This document shows, piece after piece, positions 19,124 to 28,686 of a DNA stretch of 64,000 bases. The notes under the pieces were generated by a model. The model searched no databases. It was given only the letters and a program-made list of their open reading frames with translations, and had not been told where the DNA came from. The stretch is from Acidobacteriota bacterium (GTDB taxonomy: Bacteria > Acidobacteriota > Aminicenantia > JBFLYD01): contig JBFLYD010000057.1 in NCBI GenBank assembly GCA_040756905.1, positions 162-64,161 of the forward strand. Reading direction: 5' to 3'. Numbering within the stretch: the stretch's first letter is position 1; every line of letters begins with the position of its first letter. The position numbers were made by a program, and so were the translations under genes.

Positions 19124-20518
19124 ATGTCTTATAAAAAATCCAAACTAAAAGGAATTGTTCTTCTTCAGGTATTGGCAGTAATAATCATTCTATTGATTGG
19201 TATAGCAATTTTTCTTCCTTTAATCGTAAAATCAATCGAGAAAAGGGAAACTCTTAAAACAGAGGAGAAATTAGAGATAATAAAAGAGGCAATCGTAGGA
19301 AAAGAGGAATTGATGGGTTCTAATCTTAGAACCTCTTATGGTTTTGTTGGAGATTTAGGAATTCTTCCAGCAACTCTAAATGAGTTAATGGTTCAGGGTT
19401 CATATCCATCCTGGACAATTGATGCAACAACAAAAGTTGAATTCGGCTGGAGAGGACCTTATTTGAATACAATTCAGCATAATGGTAACTATGTTGCTTT
19501 TCTGGATACATGGGGAAATCTAATTCAATATGAAAATGGAACTGGAGCTGTTTTAAAAGTTTTAAGAAGCTATGGCCCTGACGGACAATCAGGTACCACA
19601 GATGATATCACTCTTAACATAGAAGAAGATGAAGTCAGAGGTTATGTAAAAGGAACTATTAAAAACGGTGCGGGAGTTCCAAGAATGATTGACCAGATAG
19701 ACATATACTACCCAAATGGAACATCTACCTTGCAAAAATTAACAGTTTACCCTGATTTTGGAGATTACAGCACTGAAACTGATACTTGCTCTCCACCATG
19801 CCCTGTAAAAATCCCTATTGGCAAAAGAAAAATTATAACTGATATAGACAACCAACCCCCTCAAAATTTAGATTATTATTTAGGCCCTGGGCAGAGAGTT
19901 GGGCAGTATGCGAAACTTCCTCCAATTCCTCAAATTCCTCCTGGAGCATGGGCATGTGATTTTTATTTGCCTGTGAATGGTGGTCCTTACATGAACTGGA
20001 ACCTGAGATGTGGAGTACCTGGCGTCCCCGGATATTTAATTTACATAGAAAAATCAAGAAAACATCAGAAATTCCACTGTCCTGAAAAAGGAGATGGAAA
20101 AAATATGTGGGATAAAGTTATAATAACCATCCAGAATGTGTTCAATTTCACGGTCAAATTAAAAGCATTTTCCTTCTATTCAAACAGTCCTAATCCTTTA
20201 TATCTTGAATATGCATTCTTTGGAAAAAAGAAAGGGTTTCCGACTGATTTTGTCGGATGGGACTATATGGTTGTTAACGGTGGGGTTAGAGCTGCAGAAA
20301 AACAGAGAATAAATATATATGCAATAGATGCTCCTAACTATACTCCCTACACAGTTGAGATAGAACCTTGCGAAGATATTGAATTCAGTTTTCTTGGTTT
20401 TAACTACAGCCAAACAGGTCCGGAATACTGTATCGATGTAAGATGTATTGTTTTTACAATTGCTTTTTCAGATGGCTCTACCATTGAAATTCCTGTTGAC
20501 CCAGGGGATTGCAAATAA
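19124..20518 (+). CDS. Pseudopilin-like protein with a degenerate prepilin signal and a large Cys-rich C-terminal domain, paralog 3
   Basis: Leader MSYKKSKLKG followed by IVLLQV (Q instead of E at +5). Central region paralogous to gene 2 (DTWGNLIQY, SYGPDGQSGTTDD). C-terminal ~250 aa has about 10 Cys (CSPPCPVKIP, WACDF, HCPEKGDG, DPGDCK). Confidence 0.55.
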   Translation: MSYKKSKLKGIVLLQVLAVIIILLIGIAIFLPLIVKSIEKRETLKTEEKLEIIKEAIVGKEELMGSNLRTSYGFVGDLGILPATLNELMVQGSYPSWTIDATTKVEFGWRGPYLNTIQHNGNYVAFLDTWGNLIQYENGTGAVLKVLRSYGPDGQSGTTDDITLNIEEDEVRGYVKGTIKNGAGVPRMIDQIDIYYPNGTSTLQKLTVYPDFGDYSTETDTCSPPCPVKIPIGKRKIITDIDNQPPQNLDYYLGPGQRVGQYAKLPPIPQIPPGAWACDFYLPVNGGPYMNWNLRCGVPGVPGYLIYIEKSRKHQKFHCPEKGDGKNMWDKVIITIQNVFNFTVKLKAFSFYSNSPNPLYLEYAFFGKKKGFPTDFVGWDYMVVNGGVRAAEKQRINIYAIDAPNYTPYTVEIEPCEDIEFSFLGFNYSQTGPEYCIDVRCIVFTIAFSDGSTIEIPVDPGDCK

Positions 20519-20649
20519 AGTAGGTTTCTTGGCCACTCCTCCTATCTCAGAAATACATTAAATTCCCCCCTCCTAATCAAAACTTTAGATGATTACTGCA
20601 AATCAAGTTAATTGAAAAAAGAAAAGGATTAGATTAAAATTTTTCATCT

Positions 20650-21255
20650 ATGAAAAAAGATGCTGAAAAAAATCAAAGACCTTCGAAGGATAGATATTAT
20701 TTAAATATTGCAAAAGAAGTTTCTCGAAGGTCAACATGCCTTAAAGTTTTAATCGGAGCAATAATTGTAAGGGATGACCAGATCATTGCAACCGGATATG
20801 TGGGAGCACCAAGAAAGACAAAAAGCTCTTTAGAACACGGATTCTGCCTCAGGCAGATGCTTGGTATTCCTTCAGGTGCTCAGTATGAACTATGCAGGTC
20901 TGTCCATGCAGAACAGAATGCCATAATAAATGCTGCAAGAGCAGGCGTTTCCCTTCTTAATGGAGATATGTTTATCTATGGAGAAAAAAGAGATTCCTCT
21001 ATTTCTCAATCCTTGGAAAATGAAAAAGAGGTTACAGGGAATGTAAAATTGCTGAATGCCTATCCCTGTTTTATCTGTAAAAAAATGATAATAAATTCAG
21101 GATTGAAAAGAGTCGTCTGCTCGACAGAAGATGGAAAATTCAGAATATTTTCAGTCGATAAATGGGTTAAAGAATGGCAGATAACAGATATAATAGAGGA
21201 TAAATATCAGTATGGAGAATTGCTGCATCAATTGAATAAACTTAAACAAAAATGA
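20650..21255 (+). CDS. dCMP/cytidine deaminase zinc-binding family protein
   Basis: HAEQNAI and PCFICKK zinc ligand motifs, with ~52 residues between them (longer than typical bacterial ComEB-type spacing). Confidence 0.7.
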   Translation: MKKDAEKNQRPSKDRYYLNIAKEVSRRSTCLKVLIGAIIVRDDQIIATGYVGAPRKTKSSLEHGFCLRQMLGIPSGAQYELCRSVHAEQNAIINAARAGVSLLNGDMFIYGEKRDSSISQSLENEKEVTGNVKLLNAYPCFICKKMIINSGLKRVVCSTEDGKFRIFSVDKWVKEWQITDIIEDKYQYGELLHQLNKLKQK

Positions 21256-21818
21256 AAATCGGAGTAACCGGTCCGATTGCCTCTGGAAAAGGAGAGGTTG
21301 TTAAGTTCTTCAGGAAAAATAATTTCAAATACATTTCTCTTTCAGACATGGTCAGAGAGGAAGCAAAAAAAAGAAACATTCCAGTTACAAGAGAAAACCT
21401 TCAGAACATAGGAAATAGCCTGAGAAAAGAATTTGGAGCAGGTGTTTTAGGAATGAAAGTAAGAGAGATAATTGAAAGCTTCCCTGAAAAAAACTGGATT
21501 ATCGATGGAATAAGAAACCCTGCTGAAATAGAAGAATTGAAAAAAATGAAGGGTTTCTATCTTATCGGAATTATCGCACCCCTTAACATTTTGATAGAAA
21601 GAATATTGAAAAGAGAAAGAGAAGATGACCCGAAAAAGAAAGAGGAAATTATAGAAAGAATCAGACAGGACATAGGTGTTAATGAGCCCGAAGATGGCCA
21701 GCAGGTTGGCAAATGCATTAAGATGGCAAACTTTACAATCATTAACGAAGGCTCGTTATTAGATTTACAAGAAAAATTAAAGAGAATCTATTCCACAATT
21801 TTAAAAAAATCTATTTAA
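21252..21818 (+). CDS. P-loop NMP/nucleoside-kinase-like protein with an atypical Walker A (GPIASGKGE)
   Basis: MKIGVTGPIASGKGEV P-loop, adenylate-kinase-superfamily-like size. Its ATG overlaps the deaminase TGA (ATGA), suggesting translational coupling. Exact substrate unknown. Confidence 0.4.
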   Translation: MKIGVTGPIASGKGEVVKFFRKNNFKYISLSDMVREEAKKRNIPVTRENLQNIGNSLRKEFGAGVLGMKVREIIESFPEKNWIIDGIRNPAEIEELKKMKGFYLIGIIAPLNILIERILKREREDDPKKKEEIIERIRQDIGVNEPEDGQQVGKCIKMANFTIINEGSLLDLQEKLKRIYSTILKKSI

Positions 21819-21892
21819 TAAATACTTTATCCTTATATAATATTTTTAAAATTCAAGATAAAGGAATATGGTATTGGATGCAAAGATTGTAG

Positions 21893-22435
21893 TCATTTTC
21901 TCGTGCCATATTGAATATTAAACCAATATATGAACAAATCTTTCTCTAAATTTCTGTAGTTATTAAACCTTTTGGAGACTATTTTCCAAAAATTTTCGTT
22001 ATGTCTTTTTTCTATTAAATGGGTAATTTCGTGAAAGATTACATACTTTATCAAATACTTGGGCAACTTTTGCATCAGTATATTTATAGTCAGATTTCTC
22101 TTGGGACTCAAGCTTGCCCATTTTGTTTTCATATTTCTGAAATAGATATTATTCAATCCAATACTTAATTCTTTGGAGATTTTTTTAACAAATTTCTCAA
22201 TGAGAGTCCTGAATTCCTTTTCACTTCTCTCAATCAATCTTTTATTTGAAGAAAGATTTAAACATTCCCTTATAAATTCATTCTTTTTAAAAATCCAATT
22301 CTTGTGCTTTTCAAGAATAATATCAGGTTTTAATCTCACAGGCAGTACTAAAAGAAGCTCACCTGTTGTAAATTCTAACCTTGGATATTTTATATTCCTG
22401 TAAGAAGTTTTATATCTTATGTTATGCATTTCCAT
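21893..22435 (-). CDS. DUF45 / WLM / SprT-like zinc metallopeptidase (often annotated M48-family) associated with type I R-M loci
   Basis: HEITHLIEKRH HExxH motif near the C-terminus. Start overlaps the hsdR stop. Confidence 0.65.
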   Translation of the reverse strand: MEMHNIRYKTSYRNIKYPRLEFTTGELLLVLPVRLKPDIILEKHKNWIFKKNEFIRECLNLSSNKRLIERSEKEFRTLIEKFVKKISKELSIGLNNIYFRNMKTKWASLSPKRNLTINILMQKLPKYLIKYVIFHEITHLIEKRHNENFWKIVSKRFNNYRNLEKDLFIYWFNIQYGTRK

Positions 22436-25427
22436 AATTTTTCACACTTTCAATGAGTTTCCCATATAGAGTATTCATTTCATCTAAAGAGAGAGCATGC
22501 TTGCTTTTAAGCCTCCTAACAAATCTTCTTATCTCACGCTCTACTTCCTTTCTTGCAGTAGCTTGATTAAACCAGCCTAAAAACATACGCTCTTGAAGAT
22601 TTTGTGAGAGTTCCATCACTTCTTTTGTAAGCTGTTCTCCATTTTCCAGTTTCTGCTCAAGTTGAAGGAGCATTGCATATTCAAGATTGGAAAATCCTAA
22701 AGACTTTTGTCTCTCTGTAAGAGTATTGATATCCTTAAGTATTCTTACACCTTCAGTATAAATCTTTGCGTAATCTCTAGTCTTTTCTTTCCAGAGCTCA
22801 AGAAGCCTTTCGACTTTTTCAATCAATGACTCATAGATGGGATTTCTGTGTCTTTCTACAAGAACTAACTTGTTAAGGGTAAAGAGGATATTCGCTGCTT
22901 TCTCCTCTTTTCCTTTAATTTTCTCTTCTAGCTTCTCGAGATACTCTTTATCAAAAGCTATAGTTGGAAGTTCTCGCTCAAGTGTATCTATTTCAGTAGC
23001 CCTATGAACAAATCTTATAGTTTTATCGTAGTATTTTTGAATATAGCCTTCATAAACAGATTTTTGGATGACTACTTTCATGTAATATGCGTAAATTGCA
23101 GAGAGCCATTTATAGGAATCAAAATGTTCCAATTTGATCTCATTGGGCCCAAGAAGTTCGAAAGTTTTACTTAATTTTCTGTACTTTTCAAGAAATTCTT
23201 TCCCTTTCTCTTCATCTAAAGTAAGAACTTCTATAGTTTTCAATAAGGTTTCCCTTTTGTAATCAATCGATACTTCTTTAAGAATTTCCAAAATCTCTCT
23301 AATAAGAGTTACAAATTCCTCTATAACATTGTCCTGACTAAAGAGAGCACCTTTGATATCTTCTTCGCTGTACATTTCAAGGGCTCTCTTAAATTCTTTT
23401 AAAATACCCACATAATCAATTACAATTCCAGACTCTTTTAAATCATTAAAAGGTCTGTTTGTTCTTGCTATTGCTTGAAGAAGCCTGTGTTCCTTGAGGA
23501 GCTTATCAAGATACATTACCTGGAGAGAAGGGCAGTCAAAACCAGCAAGCAGCATTTCAGTAACAATCAATATGCTGGGTAAGGGTTCTTCTTTGAATTT
23601 TTCGATAATTTCTTTTCTGATATCCCCTATATCTTTGCCTCCGTATTGTGCCCTGAGTTCAGCGACTGCGTTCTTTAATAACAGTTCATCTTCTCTATCA
23701 AACGTTATGACTACTTTGCTATACTCTTCAGGCAAATGTTTATTCAATTCCAGTCTGTAAAGTTCACATGCCTTTCTGCTTCCAGCTACCACCATAGCCT
23801 TAAACTTTCCATCAATATTCTCTTTGAAATGTTGAGCTATATCTTCGGCAATTACTTTAATCCTATTGGGATTTTCAAGAAAGAGTTTTATGGCATTAAG
23901 TCTTTTCTTTATCCCTTCCTCAACATCTTCGCGGATCTCCTCTGGAAGTTCCTCAAGTTCTGTTTCCAAAAATGCTTCCAGCATCTCCTTTTTTAAATGG
24001 ACCTCTTTTTCAAGTCTTGGCTGATAGACGATTTTCACTGTAAAACCGTCTTTGATAGAATCCGTTATGAAATATCTGTCAAGATAAGGTTCTTCTGTCG
24101 GATAGCTGAATTCTAAATAGGTGTCTCTTCCTCTCTTTGAAATGGGAGTGCCTGTGAGGGCAAAAAAGAAGGCGTTCTTGAGTATTGATTTCATCTGAGC
24201 TGCAAGAGTTCCATATTGAGTCCTATGCCCTTCATCTATAAAGGCAATGACATTCTTCCTGTTCATTATTGTTTCTTTGTGTTTTGATATTTCCTCTAAT
24301 TCTTTCTCTACCTCTTTGAGTTCTTCATATCTGAATTTATGAATAAGCACTATAAAAACTCCTCTCTTGCCTCTGTAGTCCTCATGTTTGAGGATTTCTT
24401 TGAGTTCCCACACTGAACTAATAATTTCAGGTTTTACAATATCTAGAGAGTTGAATTCACTATAAAGCTGATCTTCCAGCTCAATCCTGTCAACAATGAA
24501 AAATATTGTGGGATTTTCAAGCTCTTTCATGTAGTAAAGCTTATGAGCTGCAAATATCATGGTAAGGGTTTTTCCGCTTCCCTGCCAGTGCCAGATAAGT
24601 CCTCTATTCTTTTCCTCTTGACCCGTGAGATTCGCCATGACTCTATTAACGATTTTATTGGCAGCGCTGTATTGCATATATCTGGTTATCGCCTTAGAGG
24701 CATTTCCAAATTCTATCCTGAAAAAGAGGAAATGTTTGAGTATATCGAGTAAAGATTTTCTTGATAGAATTTCGATGACAGAGTCAATGGAATCTTTTCC
24801 TTCCTCTTTCCATTCGTGCGTTTTCACTTCATCCTGCCACGGAACAATAGGAAAATACTTAGCCCTACTTTCTGCAGCTACTCCAATTTGGACATACTTA
24901 TAAAGCTCTGGAACGATTTTTTCGTAATCTTTTACCTGTTTATAAGCGTTGTACCAGCTTTCGGATATACTTGCAGGGTTCTTACATTCTATATTTACAA
25001 GAGGGATGCCGTTAACATAGAGCATAAGATCTATCCGAATTCTTTCTCTGCCGTCATAATTGATCTGCGTTGTTACAATGAACTCATTATTCTCGATGTC
25101 CTTGAAATCGAATAATTGAATGTACTTTACCACTCTCTCTTTTTCAAACTTCACAGGAATGCCAAATTTATAGAAATTCAAAATTTTCTTTGCTCCTTCA
25201 ATGCCTGAGCTTGTTAAAGTTAGTTCATTCAGAGCTTTATTTATCTCTTCATCGCCGATGTTAGCTTCTTTGTTTATTCTTTTTAATGCTCTTACGAGAT
25301 TCGGCACAAGGAGAGGCTCTTTATAGTTTTCTCTCATAAGATTATCAGATGGAACAAATTCCCACTCCTTTTCTATAAGTCTGCGGAGGAGATACTCTTC
25401 TACAATAGATTTTTCAGTAAATTTCAT
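22422..25427 (-). CDS. hsdR: Type I restriction enzyme R subunit (SF2 helicase plus endonuclease)
   Basis: 1001 aa. WQGSGKTLTM Walker A, DEGHR-type DEAH box (IDEGHRTQ), N-terminal nuclease region. Operon with hsdS and hsdM. Confidence 0.9.
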   Translation of the reverse strand: MKFTEKSIVEEYLLRRLIEKEWEFVPSDNLMRENYKEPLLVPNLVRALKRINKEANIGDEEINKALNELTLTSSGIEGAKKILNFYKFGIPVKFEKERVVKYIQLFDFKDIENNEFIVTTQINYDGRERIRIDLMLYVNGIPLVNIECKNPASISESWYNAYKQVKDYEKIVPELYKYVQIGVAAESRAKYFPIVPWQDEVKTHEWKEEGKDSIDSVIEILSRKSLLDILKHFLFFRIEFGNASKAITRYMQYSAANKIVNRVMANLTGQEEKNRGLIWHWQGSGKTLTMIFAAHKLYYMKELENPTIFFIVDRIELEDQLYSEFNSLDIVKPEIISSVWELKEILKHEDYRGKRGVFIVLIHKFRYEELKEVEKELEEISKHKETIMNRKNVIAFIDEGHRTQYGTLAAQMKSILKNAFFFALTGTPISKRGRDTYLEFSYPTEEPYLDRYFITDSIKDGFTVKIVYQPRLEKEVHLKKEMLEAFLETELEELPEEIREDVEEGIKKRLNAIKLFLENPNRIKVIAEDIAQHFKENIDGKFKAMVVAGSRKACELYRLELNKHLPEEYSKVVITFDREDELLLKNAVAELRAQYGGKDIGDIRKEIIEKFKEEPLPSILIVTEMLLAGFDCPSLQVMYLDKLLKEHRLLQAIARTNRPFNDLKESGIVIDYVGILKEFKRALEMYSEEDIKGALFSQDNVIEEFVTLIREILEILKEVSIDYKRETLLKTIEVLTLDEEKGKEFLEKYRKLSKTFELLGPNEIKLEHFDSYKWLSAIYAYYMKVVIQKSVYEGYIQKYYDKTIRFVHRATEIDTLERELPTIAFDKEYLEKLEEKIKGKEEKAANILFTLNKLVLVERHRNPIYESLIEKVERLLELWKEKTRDYAKIYTEGVRILKDINTLTERQKSLGFSNLEYAMLLQLEQKLENGEQLTKEVMELSQNLQERMFLGWFNQATARKEVEREIRRFVRRLKSKHALSLDEMNTLYGKLIESVKNYGNA

Positions 25428-25428
25428 C

Positions 25429-26559
25429 TCAGGTTTCCAATTTCACTCTCTTTCTCCCTGTCAGTAAATCATTCATCAATCCCTTCTTAATTCTCTCAAA
25501 CTTTCCCTTTTTCTCTTTCAGCATCTCCAGCCTTCTATCCCCTGTGCTCAGGATTTCAGCGATTTTTTTCTGTTCAGGGAGAGGAGGAAGAGGGAGTTTC
25601 AGCACATGTACCAATTCTCTTTTAAGTCCAGGGACTACATCAGCCAAACTTAGTTTTGGCAAATTTAAATGATTTAATACAAAAAATAACCACTTCAATT
25701 CAATATCTTTTATTAAGGTATTTATATAATAAGTTGTATCTATAGGCCAAAAATCTGAGTTTATCCAAGAGACAGCTCCTATTGTCCCCTTTCTGCCTAT
25801 AACTATACCTGGCCCCTTAACTAAAGCTTCTTCATGGTATCCCACTATTCCATTAGAACCTACCACTGGATACATTCCAGCTTTTCTTTCTCTTTCAGAT
25901 AATCCTTTGCCATACTCTAACGTTAGTATTTTCCCCAACCTCACCACCTCCCACTCCTTCGGTATCCTTCCAATCTCTGTTTCTTTAAACTCTTTATAAC
26001 CTATGCCCTTGGTCAGTAGCTCATGCATCAACCCCTTTTTTAGCCTTTCGGTCTTCTCAATAGTTTCATCTACCTTCTCAATAGCCTCATCAACCGTTGA
26101 AAGAATCTTAGCAATTTTTTTCTGTTCAGGGAGAGGAGGAAGAGGGAGTTTCAGCACATGTACCAATTCTCTTTTAAGTCCAGGGACTACATCAGCCAAA
26201 CTTAGTTTTGGCAAATTTAAATGATTTAATACAAAAAATAACCACTTCAATTCAATATCTTTTATTAAGGTATTTATATAATAAGTTGTATCTATAGGCC
26301 AAAAATCTGAGTTTATCCAAGAGACAGCTCCTATTGTCCCCTTTCTGCCTATAACTATACCTGGCCCCTTAACTAAAGCTTCTTCATGGTATCCCACTAT
26401 TCCATTAGAACCTACCACTGGATACATTCCAGCTTTTCTTTCTCTTTCAGATAATCCTTTGCCATACTCTAACGTTAATATTTTCCCCAACCTCACCACC
26501 TCCCACTCCTTCGGTATCTCGCCAATTTCGGTTTGTTTAAATTTCTTTTGTTTAGTCAT
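25429..26559 (-). CDS. hsdS: Type I R-M specificity subunit with two nearly identical target recognition domains
   Basis: Two ~150-aa TRDs of identical sequence (EIG(E/R)IPKEWEVVRLGKILTLEYGKGLSERE...PLPEQKKIA) separated by the conserved central coiled-coil region. Typical HsdS size. Confidence 0.85.
   Translation of the reverse strand: MTKQKKFKQTEIGEIPKEWEVVRLGKILTLEYGKGLSERERKAGMYPVVGSNGIVGYHEEALVKGPGIVIGRKGTIGAVSWINSDFWPIDTTYYINTLIKDIELKWLFFVLNHLNLPKLSLADVVPGLKRELVHVLKLPLPPLPEQKKIAKILSTVDEAIEKVDETIEKTERLKKGLMHELLTKGIGYKEFKETEIGRIPKEWEVVRLGKILTLEYGKGLSERERKAGMYPVVGSNGIVGYHEEALVKGPGIVIGRKGTIGAVSWINSDFWPIDTTYYINTLIKDIELKWLFFVLNHLNLPKLSLADVVPGLKRELVHVLKLPLPPLPEQKKIAEILSTGDRRLEMLKEKKGKFERIKKGLMNDLLTGRKRVKLET
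25563..25985. repeat. Direct repeat copy 1 inside hsdS (TRD-encoding, ~423 bp, near-identical to 26114-26536)
   Basis: Read directly: the sequence from tttttttctgttcagggagaggagg to ccactccttcggtatc recurs with a ~552-nt period and only a few substitutions. Confidence 0.85.
26114..26536. repeat. Direct repeat copy 2 inside hsdS
   Basis: See copy 1. Confidence 0.85.
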
Positions 26560-27551
26560 TTCTTAAATTCCAATATGTCAAAAATACTCAATTGTCCTGC
26601 ATTTGAAATTTCAATTTTTCTGGTTGTAATATTCTCAAATTCCCATCCAGTATTTGGGATAAGCGCTTTAGAAATAGTAAATGCTCTATAATGACTACTA
26701 TTCTTAAATCCACTGCCCCGCTTTCGTTTATCAAGCATCTCTTTTACAGGATATGCAATAATTCCTTTTTTATCTTCTATTGGGTTACCGATCTGAGGAT
26801 TTATATTCTTGATTTTTGCATCTTTAAGGCAGCAATGAATCGCACAACCAAGTAACATATCCGCCAACTGAAGCATATTGGCGTGCTTGTATTCTTCCGA
26901 TCCTTCATTATAATTCCTATGATTAGAATTCAAATGTACTAACTCTGCATCCTTGGGAATTTGCACATATTCCCGAACTTCTCCTGTAAGTCTATCCAGT
27001 ATTCTAAACTCGTTTAATCTTCGATGATGTGGCTGACCATCAGTAATAATTTTTAAGATTTTCACTTTGTGACTATTGTCATAAAGGTAATGAACCGTTC
27101 CCTTTAATAACATTCTAAGCAATGTTTCTCCAAACCTTAATTCTCTTTCATTCCTATCTTTACCACCATAACTTGCAATTTGATCTGGCCTTGGCTTTTC
27201 ATGAAAAATTATACCTAACTTGCAAAAAGTTTTATTCTGCTTTAAATACTTTACACCTATTTGAACTATCTGTTTATCGGCATTATTTCGCTTTGCCCAT
27301 TTCCGTCCAGATATCTCTGAAAAATGGAATTTATGATCTACGCCAAAATCACTTCTTATCTTCTTAATTTCCTCAAATAGAATATTTAAGGGTTCAACTT
27401 GTCTTATCTGTGTGTCAAATAAATCACCTGTCTCTTCAATAATTGTTTTAATCGGTACAAAAAGCAAAGCATGTCCCTTTGATATTTCTGTACCAGCGCT
27501 TTTTGTTTCATCATGATATACTATTACTTCACTTTCAATACTTCTTCTCAT
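26556..27551 (-). CDS. Hypothetical 331-aa protein embedded between hsdM and hsdS, tentatively DUF3800-like
   Basis: N-terminal VIVYHDETKS (acidic motif on a predicted first strand) and C-terminal ANMLQLADMLLG resemble what I recall of DUF3800. Not verifiable here. Overlaps the hsdS start by 4 nt. Confidence 0.3.
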   Translation of the reverse strand: MRRSIESEVIVYHDETKSAGTEISKGHALLFVPIKTIIEETGDLFDTQIRQVEPLNILFEEIKKIRSDFGVDHKFHFSEISGRKWAKRNNADKQIVQIGVKYLKQNKTFCKLGIIFHEKPRPDQIASYGGKDRNERELRFGETLLRMLLKGTVHYLYDNSHKVKILKIITDGQPHHRRLNEFRILDRLTGEVREYVQIPKDAELVHLNSNHRNYNEGSEEYKHANMLQLADMLLGCAIHCCLKDAKIKNINPQIGNPIEDKKGIIAYPVKEMLDKRKRGSGFKNSSHYRAFTISKALIPNTGWEFENITTRKIEISNAGQLSIFDILEFKK

Positions 27552-27576
27552 TTTTCTATTTTGCCTCTCACCACAT

Positions 27577-27870
27577 TTATTTCTTCCCCCCTGCTCTCTT
27601 TATAATATTTCCTTTTTCATCCATGACCCCTATCCCGTTTCCCTTGGTACCATCTAAAGCATTCTGTAGATTCCTTTCGTTTACAGCAATATACCTTGCT
27701 TTTGAGGATCTTTTTACCTGATTTATTCCTTGATATATTCCACTTTTCGTGGTCTCAACTTCAATCACTCTATTGTCTGTAACTATATCAATCCCCTTTT
27801 GCTTTCTATATTCTGTTCCAAACCTTTTTGCCAACTTTTCCCCAATTTGATCGTGTTTATTTTTAGCCAT
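27577..27870 (-). CDS. Small 97-aa hypothetical protein, possible minimal PD-(D/E)xK (Hjc/VRR-NUC-like) fold
   Basis: GIDIVTDNRVIEVETTK resembles a D...E-x-K nuclease core. Weak, by eye only. Confidence 0.2.
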   Translation of the reverse strand: MAKNKHDQIGEKLAKRFGTEYRKQKGIDIVTDNRVIEVETTKSGIYQGINQVKRSSKARYIAVNERNLQNALDGTKGNGIGVMDEKGNIIKRAGGKK

Positions 27871-27967
27871 TATTTAACCTCCTCAAATTAATAATCATCA
27901 ACTTAATCATCAACCTTATCTAAGTTAATAGCCGAGGCTTCTACATTTCCAAGCGGTTTCGTCTCTC

Positions 27968-28504
27968 TCACTCCCTTCCGAACCCGATCATCTTTCTCGG
28001 CTTTTGAGGTGGAGTCATGAGTTGGCGAATGGCATCGAAAATAGCCTTTATCTTTTCCTCTTGCCTTTCTATTTTTCTTTCAAGCTCCGTTAACTTGTGA
28101 GCAAGTTCTTTGTGTGCTGAAAGGATTTCTCTAAGCCTTATAAAGGCCCGCATGATGGCTATATTCACATGAATGGCTCTTTCGCTATGCAATACACTGG
28201 AAAGCATGGCAACACCTTGTTCAGTAAAGGCATAAGGGCGGGCACGTCTTGCTCCTCCCCAACTTGAAATCACAATTTGTGACTTCAAGATTTTATACTC
28301 TTGTTCATTAAGCTGGAACATAAAATCTTCAGGGAATCTCTCGATATTGCGTTTTACTGCCTGGATAAGCACACGAACTTCAACCTCATAGAGTTCCGCA
28401 AGGTGTGTGCTAAGCATAATTTTCTTCCCTCGGATAAAACAAATTTTTCTCTCAATCTGTTCTATTGGAACAATTGCTTGATTAAGCATTTCCAGTTCCA
28501 TCAT
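27968..28504 (-). CDS. ORF6N-domain (KilA-N-like) DNA-binding protein, a common type I R-M passenger
   Basis: N-terminal [45 protein letters not shown] is typical of ORF6N proteins. C-terminal coiled coil. Confidence 0.55.
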   Translation of the reverse strand: MMELEMLNQAIVPIEQIERKICFIRGKKIMLSTHLAELYEVEVRVLIQAVKRNIERFPEDFMFQLNEQEYKILKSQIVISSWGGARRARPYAFTEQGVAMLSSVLHSERAIHVNIAIMRAFIRLREILSAHKELAHKLTELERKIERQEEKIKAIFDAIRQLMTPPQKPRKMIGFGRE

Positions 28505-28686
28505 CCTTGACTTTTTACATAATCTTTAATTTTTTTTATATTTTCTGCCGTCGTAGTTGCCTGCCAATTAACCTTTTTGCATCAAAATATAATAAATTTA
28601 TGCCTCTTAGAAAATGACAACTTAAATGACAACCATTGTCAAACCAGCTCATAATAAGCTCCTCTGTACTTTTCTTTGAACTTTCA

